Part shown: piece by piece, positions 18,956-27,884 of the stretch | Numbering within the stretch: position 1 is the first letter of the stretch | How the letters are laid out: each line of letters begins with the position of its first letter | Origin: Flammeovirgaceae bacterium UBA6059 | Lineage (GTDB): Bacteria > Bacteroidota > Bacteroidia > Cytophagales > Cyclobacteriaceae | Length of the DNA: 64,000 nt | Direction of reading: 5' to 3' | Assembly (NCBI GenBank): GCA_002435755.1 | Contig: DIYH01000028.1 | Coordinates: 240,510-304,509 of the forward strand | Notes under the pieces: generated by a model | What the model was told of the DNA's origin: nothing | Databases searched by the model: none | What the model saw: only the letters and a program-made list of their open reading frames with translations | Translations under genes and position numbers: made by a program

Positions 18956-20269
18956 ATGAAGAAGATTCTATTTTTGTCATTGCTCCTCGGTTTTAGCTCG
19001 AGTAGCATCGCTCAAGAGATCCTGACTGTGGAGGACGCCATAAGCCAGGGGCTTCAAAACAACTTTGACATTAAGATTGCCAGGGTTGGGGAAGAGATCG
19101 GAATCAATGATGCCACCTTAGGTAATGCTGGCTTGCTTCCAACGGTTGATTTGCAGGGTCAACAAAGATGGGCTAGCCAAAATGTTAATCAGCGATTCAT
19201 AAGTAGAAGTGATACTACAATAAACGGAGCGAGATCTCAAAATCTAAACGGATCAATCAACTTCACTTGGACTTTGTTCGATGGCCTGGGGATGTTCTAT
19301 TCCCTTGACAGGCTAAATGTGACCAAAGAAGCTGGAGCGATCAACACCAAGATAACTATGGAAAATACCATAGCTGACCTGCTCACGACTTATTACACGG
19401 TAGTCCTCGAAAATGGGCGGCTTAAGGTTCTTGATAATACCATTCAGCTATCGGAAAGGAGAACTGAAATAGCCAAAAACAAATATGAAGTTGGCAAATC
19501 TTCCAAAGTGGAATACTTAGCCGCCCAAGTAGATCAAAATGCAGATGCGACACTCAGGCTACAAGTAATCGAGCGATTAAACAATGCCAAAATCGATCTA
19601 AATCGTTTGATGGCCCGCTCTTTAGACGCTGAATTTGAGGTAGTTGATATCATTGATATCAACGGAACATTTGCGTTAGAAGACCTGCTTAATGCGGCCA
19701 ATATAAAAAATCCCAATTTGTTACTTGCACAACGTCAAATGAACGCGAGTTATTTAGAGCTTCAAGAGATCAGAGCGGAGCGCTACCCATCAATAGATTT
19801 TAATACAGGGTACACCTACAATAAATCAACATCTGATGCAGGTTTCTTATTAAGTAACAGACAGAATGGCTACAACTATGGTTTCACTGCGAGGATGAAT
19901 CTGTTCGATGGTTTCAACACCAACCGACGTGCTCAAAACGCACGCCTTGCCGTCCAGATCAGTGAGCTTGAGATCAAAAATCAGACCCTGAATATCGAAT
20001 CAGACATCAGCAAGGTTTTTACCTCATATCAAAACAGTCTAAACCTGATCGATCTCGAAACCCAAAACCTCGAGGTAGCACTTGAAAATGAAGAAATAGC
20101 GCTTGAGCGTTACAGGCTTGGCAACTCTACTGCCTTGGAACTGCGGGAGGCACAGACCAATGCGGTCGAAGTAGAGTCCAGACTCCTCAACGCTAGATAT
20201 AGCACTAAAATCTCTGAAATTGAGCTTTTACGCCTCTCAGGGAGTATTCTCCAGCCATTAGCGAAATAG
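18956..20269 (+). CDS. TolC-family outer membrane efflux protein
   Basis: Signal peptide, two repeated alpha-helical/beta halves, and position as third gene of the efflux triplet. Confidence 0.9.
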   Translation: MKKILFLSLLLGFSSSSIAQEILTVEDAISQGLQNNFDIKIARVGEEIGINDATLGNAGLLPTVDLQGQQRWASQNVNQRFISRSDTTINGARSQNLNGSINFTWTLFDGLGMFYSLDRLNVTKEAGAINTKITMENTIADLLTTYYTVVLENGRLKVLDNTIQLSERRTEIAKNKYEVGKSSKVEYLAAQVDQNADATLRLQVIERLNNAKIDLNRLMARSLDAEFEVVDIIDINGTFALEDLLNAANIKNPNLLLAQRQMNASYLELQEIRAERYPSIDFNTGYTYNKSTSDAGFLLSNRQNGYNYGFTARMNLFDGFNTNRRAQNARLAVQISELEIKNQTLNIESDISKVFTSYQNSLNLIDLETQNLEVALENEEIALERYRLGNSTALELREAQTNAVEVESRLLNARYSTKISEIELLRLSGSILQPLAK

Positions 20270-20342
20270 TAACCCTTTTCAAGTTCATTTTGTAACTGGT
20301 ATAGGGTTGATTATCTTTTTGGCTTGATGTAGTTGAGCCTAC

Positions 20343-21827
20343 GTGAAGATTGTTATCCCATATATCTTTTTGCTCATCTCGATGAGCACGCTCTATTCGT
20401 GCAAAAAATCATCGGAGAGTTCAGACACGAACACCCAAAGTCCGGAGAGAGAAGAGGTCATCGCAGAGCTGGATCTCGATACCATCATCTCCAGAGGTCA
20501 TCTAACTGCTATCATAGACAATAGCTCCACTGGTCTTTTTTTGTATAAAGGTGAGCCGATGGGTTATGAGTTTGAGCTGCTTACAATGTTTTGCAGGGAG
20601 ATTGGGGTGGAGCTAAGATTAGAAGTAACCCCTAGCCTATCGGAAGGATTTATGAAGCTCAATCAAGGCAAGGGCGACATCCTCGCTTACAATCTAACAG
20701 TGACTAAAGAGCGCAGGAAGCGTATCGCCTTTACACATTATCATAATCTTGTCAGACAGGTGCTAGTACAGCGCAAACCAGACGATTGGAGACAGATGAA
20801 GCTCCACGAGATAGAAAAAATGCTCATCCGTAATCCTATTGATCTCATTGGTAAAGAAGTCTGGGTTAGAAACAGCTCTTCATATCTCACCAGAATGCAA
20901 AACCTCTCAGATGAGATCGGCGGGGATATCATCATTGTGGAGGATTATCCTGACGTAGAGACTGAGGGCCTTATCAGAAAAGTGGCAGAGGCCCAGATCG
21001 ACTATAGTATAGCTGACGAAGATGTTGCACTTGTTAATGCCTCGTACTATCCAATATTAGATGTGAAAACACCGGTCAGTCTCCCGCAACAAATTGCATG
21101 GGGTGTGAGGAAAAATGCACCTGATCTGCTTAACCGATTGAATGAGTGGATTGACAGGATGAGAAAAACCAATGACTACTATGTCATCTACGACAAGTAC
21201 TTCCGGAGTACCAGACAGAGCAGAAGAAGAGTCAATAGCGAATTCTTTTCCAGTGGTGATGGCAGGATATCACCCTATGACAGTCTGATTAGAAATGCCG
21301 CTGAAAAACTAAGTTGGGACTGGCGCCTGCTGGCAGCCCAGATCAATAAGGAATCTCGGTTTGACCCGACTACTACTTCCTGGGCCGGTGCTATTGGCTT
21401 GATGCAAGTGATGCCTAAGACAGGAAGCCGGTTTGGCGCTAGCAACCTAAAAGACCCGGCTCAAAACATTGAAGCAGGTTCCAACTATTTGGTATGGCTC
21501 GAAGAGTTCTGGAGACCTCAAGTACCTGATTCACTGGAGCGATCGAAATTCGTTCTCGGTTCTTATAATGTCGGACAGGGGCATGTAATGGACGCTATTA
21601 GACTTGCTCGCAAACACGGTAAGGATACTGCAGTCTGGGACGATAATGTCGCCTTCTATCTCCTGCAAAAGTCGTATTCCAAGTTTTTCAATGATCCGGT
21701 GGTGAAGCACGGCTACTGTCGCGGTATTGAGCCGATCAACTACGTCAGTGATATACTCTCGCTCTATGACAACTACCTTGACATCATACCACAGCTTCCC
21801 GAAGATCAGGAAGTTCCTCTGCCATGA
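20343..21827 (+). CDS. MltF-like lytic murein transglycosylase (solute-binding-like domain + SLT domain) lipoprotein
   Basis: GTG start with lipoprotein signal (LLISMSTLYSCKK), an N-terminal SBP_bac_3-like region, and a C-terminal SLT catalytic block (ESRFDP...GLMQVMP...Y). Confidence 0.85.
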   Translation: MKIVIPYIFLLISMSTLYSCKKSSESSDTNTQSPEREEVIAELDLDTIISRGHLTAIIDNSSTGLFLYKGEPMGYEFELLTMFCREIGVELRLEVTPSLSEGFMKLNQGKGDILAYNLTVTKERRKRIAFTHYHNLVRQVLVQRKPDDWRQMKLHEIEKMLIRNPIDLIGKEVWVRNSSSYLTRMQNLSDEIGGDIIIVEDYPDVETEGLIRKVAEAQIDYSIADEDVALVNASYYPILDVKTPVSLPQQIAWGVRKNAPDLLNRLNEWIDRMRKTNDYYVIYDKYFRSTRQSRRRVNSEFFSSGDGRISPYDSLIRNAAEKLSWDWRLLAAQINKESRFDPTTTSWAGAIGLMQVMPKTGSRFGASNLKDPAQNIEAGSNYLVWLEEFWRPQVPDSLERSKFVLGSYNVGQGHVMDAIRLARKHGKDTAVWDDNVAFYLLQKSYSKFFNDPVVKHGYCRGIEPINYVSDILSLYDNYLDIIPQLPEDQEVPLP

Positions 21828-23265
21828 TCCTGGCACTTAACAAAGAAAGAGGTATACCTCCACCAGGATGTACGCTCCCTCCACAGAAATAGAGGTTTTT
21901 ATACTTTCTGGAGAAATTGGCATGCCTTAAAAAAGCTGCATACTTGTTATTCGAGCTATTTCCGTACAGTGCTCCGAGTGATGAAGATGTTCTGGATTCT
22001 ATCGTTCTGGGATCGAGAATTTCCTCGCAGGAGATCATTGGCTCAATCGATGTGCCTAGCATTCTGCTTACTTTTTTGATGATATTAATACGGGCTTCAT
22101 TGATCAAAGTATCCCAGTCCTGCCCGGTGTTGTTCGGCACGTTGATCATGGTGAACCAGTTTTCACATCCCTCCGGCGCATCATCCGGTTTGTATTTGCT
22201 TGTAATATTAATGTAGACCGTAGGGTCATCTGAGATACTTCCATGGCCAAAAATGTGATCGAACTCTCGGCGATAATCACCTGAAAAAAGAATATTGTGT
22301 AGGTCCAGCTGCTCAAATACACGGTTGATCCCCCAATAAAAGATCAATGCACTGCTGGATTTTGGTTGTTTAAGTAGTAGTTCTGGTTGTTTCACCTCAG
22401 TCATTAATTTGCGGTAGGTGTTCACGATATCCATATTGCTGACCACTACCTCAGCATTTATACATTTTCCTTTACAAAGTACTCCAACTGCTCTTTTTTT
22501 CTCCAGAATGATCTTCTCAACAGGATGACCAAAGCGAAATCTAACTCCTAGTTCCTGGGCCAAACTGTAGACACTCATGGTGATATCGTGCATGCCCTTA
22601 TTAGGAAAATATGCGCCCATGTTGAATTCCAGATGCGGAATAATATTGAGGGTAGCTGGTGTTTGGTATGGATCAGACCCATTGTAAGTAGCGTACCGAT
22701 TAAAAAGTTGAGTGACACGTGGGTCTTTAAATCGTGCGTCATTGGCCTTATGCATAGTCCTAAAAAAGTCCAGCTTATGAAGGCGTTTATAGGCATAAAA
22801 TGCTTTCCTATTGAGGAAAGTGGACCAATGATGCATTGATCTGTACATGAACAGATCTGCCAGGATATCGTAAAGCTCTTGACTTTTGTCCAGTGCCGAG
22901 GCTATGGTGGCCCCATCGTCGGCCGTCTTGGTGTCAAACTCCTCCAATAGCTTCTCTCTATCTGCATACGCATTGATCCGGAGGCCATCTTCATAGAAAT
23001 AGTGGCAATTGACCTCTAATTGCTGGTAGGTAAAATAGTCCTTAGGACTTCTTCCAGCTATCTGAAACAGCTCATCAACTAATTCCGGTAGGGTGAAAAG
23101 TGAGGGACCAGCATCAAAACGAAAGCCATCAATACTTATCTCCGAAAGCTTTCCTCCAGGATAACTGTTGGCCTCCAGTACTTCCACGTCATAACCCTTG
23201 ACTGCTAGTCTTACGGCAGCTGCTAGTCCTCCGATACCAGAACCTATGATCACTGCTTTTTTCAT
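21784..23265 (-). CDS. phytoene desaturase-family FAD oxidoreductase (CrtI/CrtD-like)
   Basis: GSGIGGLAAAVRLAVKGYDVEVLEAN...GG dinucleotide fold and a C-terminal GGSVHPGGGIP block. No other carotenoid genes in the window. Confidence 0.8.
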   Translation of the reverse strand: MKKAVIIGSGIGGLAAAVRLAVKGYDVEVLEANSYPGGKLSEISIDGFRFDAGPSLFTLPELVDELFQIAGRSPKDYFTYQQLEVNCHYFYEDGLRINAYADREKLLEEFDTKTADDGATIASALDKSQELYDILADLFMYRSMHHWSTFLNRKAFYAYKRLHKLDFFRTMHKANDARFKDPRVTQLFNRYATYNGSDPYQTPATLNIIPHLEFNMGAYFPNKGMHDITMSVYSLAQELGVRFRFGHPVEKIILEKKRAVGVLCKGKCINAEVVVSNMDIVNTYRKLMTEVKQPELLLKQPKSSSALIFYWGINRVFEQLDLHNILFSGDYRREFDHIFGHGSISDDPTVYINITSKYKPDDAPEGCENWFTMINVPNNTGQDWDTLINEARINIIKKVSRMLGTSIEPMISCEEILDPRTIESRTSSSLGALYGNSSNNKYAAFLRHANFSRKYKNLYFCGGSVHPGGGIPLSLLSARIMAEELPDLREAVV

Positions 23266-23419
23266 GCTATTCTAACCAAATAAACTGATCAATGTTGAAA
23301 CAAATAATCTTAGTATCGTTAAATTATTTATATAAATATTTCTATTTGACAGTTACCTGTTCCAAAGAAACGGTATTAATGAATAGATGTATGTTTTAAT
23401 CAATTAATTTAAGAGAAGA

Positions 23420-23881
23420 ATGTTAGTGCAGATGAATCAACAAACTGAAAAACTTTTTGCTGAATATAGGAAGGTTCGGAATGTCAATCTATCGATTGAG
23501 GAATTTGAATACATTCTTAGCCTGTTTCCATCATTGATGATATGTATGTGTGATGGCAAGCTTGATCCTGAAGAGTGGGATGCAGTGTTACAGCTTGCGG
23601 ATGGCATGGCTGAGGAATTCTACACAGACCAAGGTAACACGGGTAAGAAAAGTGACCTTGCTATGAACTTCAGGACTGAATTCAGGTATCTACTGGAGAA
23701 TCTTGCGAAGTGGGAAAAGCGCTTCCTTAACGTTCTTAAAGAGCACATTAAGGATGATCGTACTTCCAAAGAGTTTGTGCTAGAGAGCATGTACCTATTT
23801 GCGAATGCAGCGGATGGCATATCGGAAGTAGAACAAGAATCAATAGACGAGTTGGCCGAGAGGCTCAAATTAGAGCACTGA
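23420..23881 (+). CDS. hypothetical protein, possibly TerB-like helical domain
   Basis: 153 aa with two DG-x-(L/I)-x-x-x-E segments (DGKLDPEEWDAV, ADGISEVEQESIDEL) reminiscent of TerB/DjlA-N domains. Weak call. Confidence 0.45.
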   Translation: MLVQMNQQTEKLFAEYRKVRNVNLSIEEFEYILSLFPSLMICMCDGKLDPEEWDAVLQLADGMAEEFYTDQGNTGKKSDLAMNFRTEFRYLLENLAKWEKRFLNVLKEHIKDDRTSKEFVLESMYLFANAADGISEVEQESIDELAERLKLEH

Positions 23882-25210
23882 TCTTAACGCATTGATAACC
23901 CCTTCATGATCAATCGTTTCTGGGTTATTGATGACATCCTGAGTAAGAAATGGTTGAATAACCTTGTGTTGCAGATTACCTCTATTCCATGCCTCCGAAT
24001 AGGGCGCATGACTAAATGTGACCATAGTATACTGTGGTGTCCACTCTTGGGGATAGAGTTCATGTAGCAGTGCTTCCACCTTTTTTTGGACCAAAAATCG
24101 CTCATCAGCTACATGGTCTCTCATTTCAACAAAGTTCTTTAGTGCCAGATCTGCAATCGCGTCAGCATCCTTCTTTCTGGTTTTTTGGAATGCTCCCAAT
24201 ACGGTACCCCAATCATAACCATGCGACCTGGCCAACTCGTCAAACAAATAGCAGTCTTCAAATCCGGAATTCATGCCCTGACCATAAAATGGTACTATAG
24301 CATGGCTCGCATCGCCCAACATCATACACCTCTCTTTTACCCAGGGATAGCAGCGGACCGTCACTAAACTAGAGGTAGGATTAGATGTGTATTGATCTAT
24401 CAAGTCAGGTATTAAGTCAAGTGTATCGGGAAAGTATTTCTTGAAGAATTGGTCAATATCTTGTGCATTTTGGATCGACTGAAATGATGGATCGCCTTCA
24501 AAGGGAAAGAACAACGTGCACGTAAAACTCTTATCCAGGTTAGGTAGGGCAATAAGCATGAAGTTACCTCTTGGCCATATGTGCAATCCGTCGGGAGCTA
24601 TTGCAAAATCACCATTCGTCGCAGGAGGTATGCTTAATTCCTTATAACCGTGTTCTATGTAATATTGCTCATAGCTAAACCTGTCTTGCTTCAAAAAGGA
24701 CTGACGCATGGCGCTAAATGCACCATCTGCACCAAACATCACATCAGCTTCAATATCAAATAGTTGTCCATCACCTTGGATTGTTGCTCTTGTGTTGTCT
24801 AAGTCTACTTCCACACACTTGTGATCAAAAAGCACACTGACACCTAGCTCCTCAGCCCTCATTACAAGTCTTTCATTTAAGCCTCCCCGCGAAATTGAGT
24901 TGATATACTGCCCTTCTTTGCCGTACGGTTGGAATGTCAGATTACCTTCTACATCGTGCATGCGGCGACCCTTCATGGGTATGACCATCTTCTTCAGGTC
25001 TTCACTCAGTCCCACTGTCTCCAACGCCCTAATTCCTCGTATACTCAATGCCAGGTTAATGGAGCGTCCCGCATATAGATTCGTCTTCCTAGGATCACTG
25101 CGCTTCTCATATACAGTAACCCTAAAACCTGCTTTGACCATGTAAATTGATAGAAGAGAGCCCACCAGCCCAGCTCCAAATATGACTACTTCTTCCTTCT
25201 TCATACTCAT
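23870..25210 (-). CDS. kmo: kynurenine 3-monooxygenase (FAD-dependent)
   Basis: IFGAGLVGSLLS FAD fold, DGAFSAMR and GDASHAIVPFYGQGMN motifs, and operon context with kynureninase and HAAO. Confidence 0.85.
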   Translation of the reverse strand: MSMKKEEVVIFGAGLVGSLLSIYMVKAGFRVTVYEKRSDPRKTNLYAGRSINLALSIRGIRALETVGLSEDLKKMVIPMKGRRMHDVEGNLTFQPYGKEGQYINSISRGGLNERLVMRAEELGVSVLFDHKCVEVDLDNTRATIQGDGQLFDIEADVMFGADGAFSAMRQSFLKQDRFSYEQYYIEHGYKELSIPPATNGDFAIAPDGLHIWPRGNFMLIALPNLDKSFTCTLFFPFEGDPSFQSIQNAQDIDQFFKKYFPDTLDLIPDLIDQYTSNPTSSLVTVRCYPWVKERCMMLGDASHAIVPFYGQGMNSGFEDCYLFDELARSHGYDWGTVLGAFQKTRKKDADAIADLALKNFVEMRDHVADERFLVQKKVEALLHELYPQEWTPQYTMVTFSHAPYSEAWNRGNLQHKVIQPFLTQDVINNPETIDHEGVINALRSVL

Positions 25211-26481
25211 TGACTAAGTGCCTGATCTAATAACTCAGCAAACCTGTAAACGTCCTCAAAAGAATTGTAAAGTGGAACAGGCGCTACCCTGATCACATCA
25301 GGCTCCCGCCAGTCGGCCACCACACCATGTTGTGATAGCCAATCAAAAGCTGACTTACCACGCTCATGAAACAATAATGACAACTGGCAGCCTCTTGCTT
25401 TCGGGTCTAGCGGCGTTATGATACTGAAAACCGTATTATATCCTTTTACTCCCATGAGTTGCTCCTCAAGAAAACTAGTCAGCCGGAGACTTTTGCTTCT
25501 CAAATTGGCCATGCCCGCCTCCTGAAAAAGCTTGAGAGAAGCCAGGTGGGGTGCCATACTGAACACTGGGGCATTGCTCAGCTGCCACCCCTCGGCGGTA
25601 GGAATCGGATCAAAGCCTTTCTCCATTTTGAACCGCTCCTGCTCATTGTGTCCCCACCATCCCGCCAATCGGGGAAAGGACCTATCTGTTGCATGTTGCT
25701 CATGTATATAAATGCCAGATACACTGCCAGGACCTGAGTTTAGATACTTGTAGCTGCACCAGGTCGCAAAATCAACTCCCCAATCATGAAGCGATAAAGG
25801 AACATTACCAGCAGCATGCGCAAGGTCAAAACCCACATATGCTCCGACTTGATGTCCGGCATCCACTATAGCGGGTAGGTCAAAAAACTGCCCTGAATAG
25901 TACTGTACTCCTGAAAAAAGGACCAATGCTAGCTCATCACCTGCTTTGGCGATTTGATCTTCTATATCCTCTGTTCTTAGATAGTGTTCGCCGGATCGCG
26001 GAAATACCTCTATGATAGCTTCATCGGGTTGATATCCTTTCAGCCTGACTTGGGACTCAACAGCATATTGATCGGAAGGGAAAGCATGTCCCTCCATGAT
26101 GATCTTGTATCTACTAGCTGCTGGCCGGTAAAATGACAGCATCAACAGATGAAGGTTGACCGTCAGGTTGTTCATCACCACAACTTCTTTCTCACCAGCC
26201 CCGATGAGATCTTTCCAATAGGAGGTAAACGACTTATGATAATACATCCAGGGACGAACACCGTTGAAATGTCCCTCTACACCATTAGTTTTCCAGTTGT
26301 CAAGTTCCTCGTCAATTACGGACGCTACAGCCTTCGGTTGTAGGCCAAGTGAGTTACCACACAGGTAAATAACCTCCTGTCCTTGATGCTTTGGAATATA
26401 GAAGCTCGACCTAAATTGAGATAAATCGTCGCTCTCATCGAGCAAGCGTGCCTGCTTCACTGAGTTAGCAGTTCCTTGCAT
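25207..26481 (-). CDS. kynU: kynureninase (PLP-dependent)
   Basis: GNSLGLQP and the CSYKYLNSGPG PLP-lysine block. The ORF track begins at a TTG (26490); the ATG at 26479-26481 lies 1 nt after the HAAO stop. The stop overlaps the KMO ATG (ATGA). Confidence 0.9.
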   Translation of the reverse strand: MQGTANSVKQARLLDESDDLSQFRSSFYIPKHQGQEVIYLCGNSLGLQPKAVASVIDEELDNWKTNGVEGHFNGVRPWMYYHKSFTSYWKDLIGAGEKEVVVMNNLTVNLHLLMLSFYRPAASRYKIIMEGHAFPSDQYAVESQVRLKGYQPDEAIIEVFPRSGEHYLRTEDIEDQIAKAGDELALVLFSGVQYYSGQFFDLPAIVDAGHQVGAYVGFDLAHAAGNVPLSLHDWGVDFATWCSYKYLNSGPGSVSGIYIHEQHATDRSFPRLAGWWGHNEQERFKMEKGFDPIPTAEGWQLSNAPVFSMAPHLASLKLFQEAGMANLRSKSLRLTSFLEEQLMGVKGYNTVFSIITPLDPKARGCQLSLLFHERGKSAFDWLSQHGVVADWREPDVIRVAPVPLYNSFEDVYRFAELLDQALSQ

Positions 26482-26482
26482 A

Positions 26483-27013
26483 TTAGACAAACCTGGGATC
26501 GGTCTCCATCACTTGACCACAATTGTTACAGGTACGTAACTCTTCCGATCCATAAAATTCTCTAAACCTCGGCAAGAAATCTTTCTCAATATTGGTCAAA
26601 TGAAAGTAAGTATCATGGAGTTTATTATTACAATTATCACAGTACCACTGTAGTCCGTCATCATGCGACTTCTCCCTTTTTCTCTCTATTACCAGGCCTA
26701 CTGATCCCTCTGAACGAATGGGTGAATGCGGCACTTTTGCAGGCAACAAAAACATCTCTCCTGCCTTTATTGGAATATCTACAGGCTTACCATCTTCCTG
26801 TATTTTCACCAGAATGTCTCCTTCCAACTGGAAAAACAGTTCTTCGGTTTCATTAAAATGATAATCCTTTCGGGCGTTGGGACCACCCACAATCATTACT
26901 ATATAGTCACCCGCATCTACATAGAGATTCTTGTTTCCTACAGGTGGTTTAAGAAGTTCTCGGTTGTTTTCAATCCACTCATAAAGATTAAAGGGTCTTT
27001 TAATAGCCATCAT
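26483..27013 (-). CDS. nbaC: 3-hydroxyanthranilate 3,4-dioxygenase
   Basis: Cupin with DYHFNETEELFFQ and VPHSP iron-ligand blocks, plus a C-terminal CDNC...CNNC rubredoxin-like site typical of bacterial HAAO. Confidence 0.9.
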   Translation of the reverse strand: MMAIKRPFNLYEWIENNRELLKPPVGNKNLYVDAGDYIVMIVGGPNARKDYHFNETEELFFQLEGDILVKIQEDGKPVDIPIKAGEMFLLPAKVPHSPIRSEGSVGLVIERKREKSHDDGLQWYCDNCNNKLHDTYFHLTNIEKDFLPRFREFYGSEELRTCNNCGQVMETDPRFV

Positions 27014-27095
27014 TCTCAGGATTAGGTCATCAACTCATTTTCTGTTTAAATTAAACAAATTATTACTGCTCTCTTGAAGAGCGAATCGAAATCAA

Positions 27096-27884
27096 ATGAA
27101 CATTTCACTGGAAGGTAAAAAAGCCCTTGTCTGTGGCAGCACGCAAGGAATTGGCAAGAGTTGCGCACTAGAACTAGCCCTTCTCGGGGCTGAGGTCACA
27201 GTGCTAGCGCGAAATGAATCTGAGCTGAACAAAGTAAGAGACGAGCTAAAAAAAACTTCGGCGGTTGAACATAAAATACTAGTCGCAGATTTCTCCAACC
27301 CTGAATATCTCAAAAGTCAAATTCATTCGTACCTCGAAGATGACAATCAGGTTGATATCCTCGTCAATAATACTGGTGGCCCTTCTGGTGGTCCCATTGT
27401 AGAAGCTGATTTCGCGGCATTTCAAAGCGCTTTGGACCTCCATTTACATTGTAATCACATTTTGGTTCAGGCAGTAACACCATACATGAAGACTACTGGT
27501 TTTGGTAGGATCATTAACATCATTTCCACATCTGTAAAAATCCCAATCCCAGGTTTAGGTGTATCCAATACAGTACGGGGTGCGGTGGCCAGCTGGGCAA
27601 AAACTTTGTCGGTAGAGCTAGGCGGATATGGTATTACAGTCAACAATGTACTACCGGGTTTTACAGAGACTGCCAGACTACAGAGCATCATAGAAAACAA
27701 AGCTGCAAAGTTGGGCATATCAGAGCAACAAGTCATCGAAGATTTCAAGAAAGACACTCCTGCTGGTCGCTTTGGATTTCCAGAGGAGGTGGCAGGATTA
27801 GCGGCTTTTCTTGCGACTCCTGCGGCAGCATATATCAATGGCACCAATATACCTGTGGATGGAGGCAGGACAGGTAGCTTATGA
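27096..27884 (+). CDS. short-chain dehydrogenase/reductase family protein with non-canonical active-site positions
   Basis: GSTQGIG Rossmann motif, NNTGG and GITVNNVLPGFTET block. At the position of the YxxxK dyad the sequence reads SNTVR (see findings). Confidence 0.85.
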   Translation: MNISLEGKKALVCGSTQGIGKSCALELALLGAEVTVLARNESELNKVRDELKKTSAVEHKILVADFSNPEYLKSQIHSYLEDDNQVDILVNNTGGPSGGPIVEADFAAFQSALDLHLHCNHILVQAVTPYMKTTGFGRIINIISTSVKIPIPGLGVSNTVRGAVASWAKTLSVELGGYGITVNNVLPGFTETARLQSIIENKAAKLGISEQQVIEDFKKDTPAGRFGFPEEVAGLAAFLATPAAAYINGTNIPVDGGRTGSL

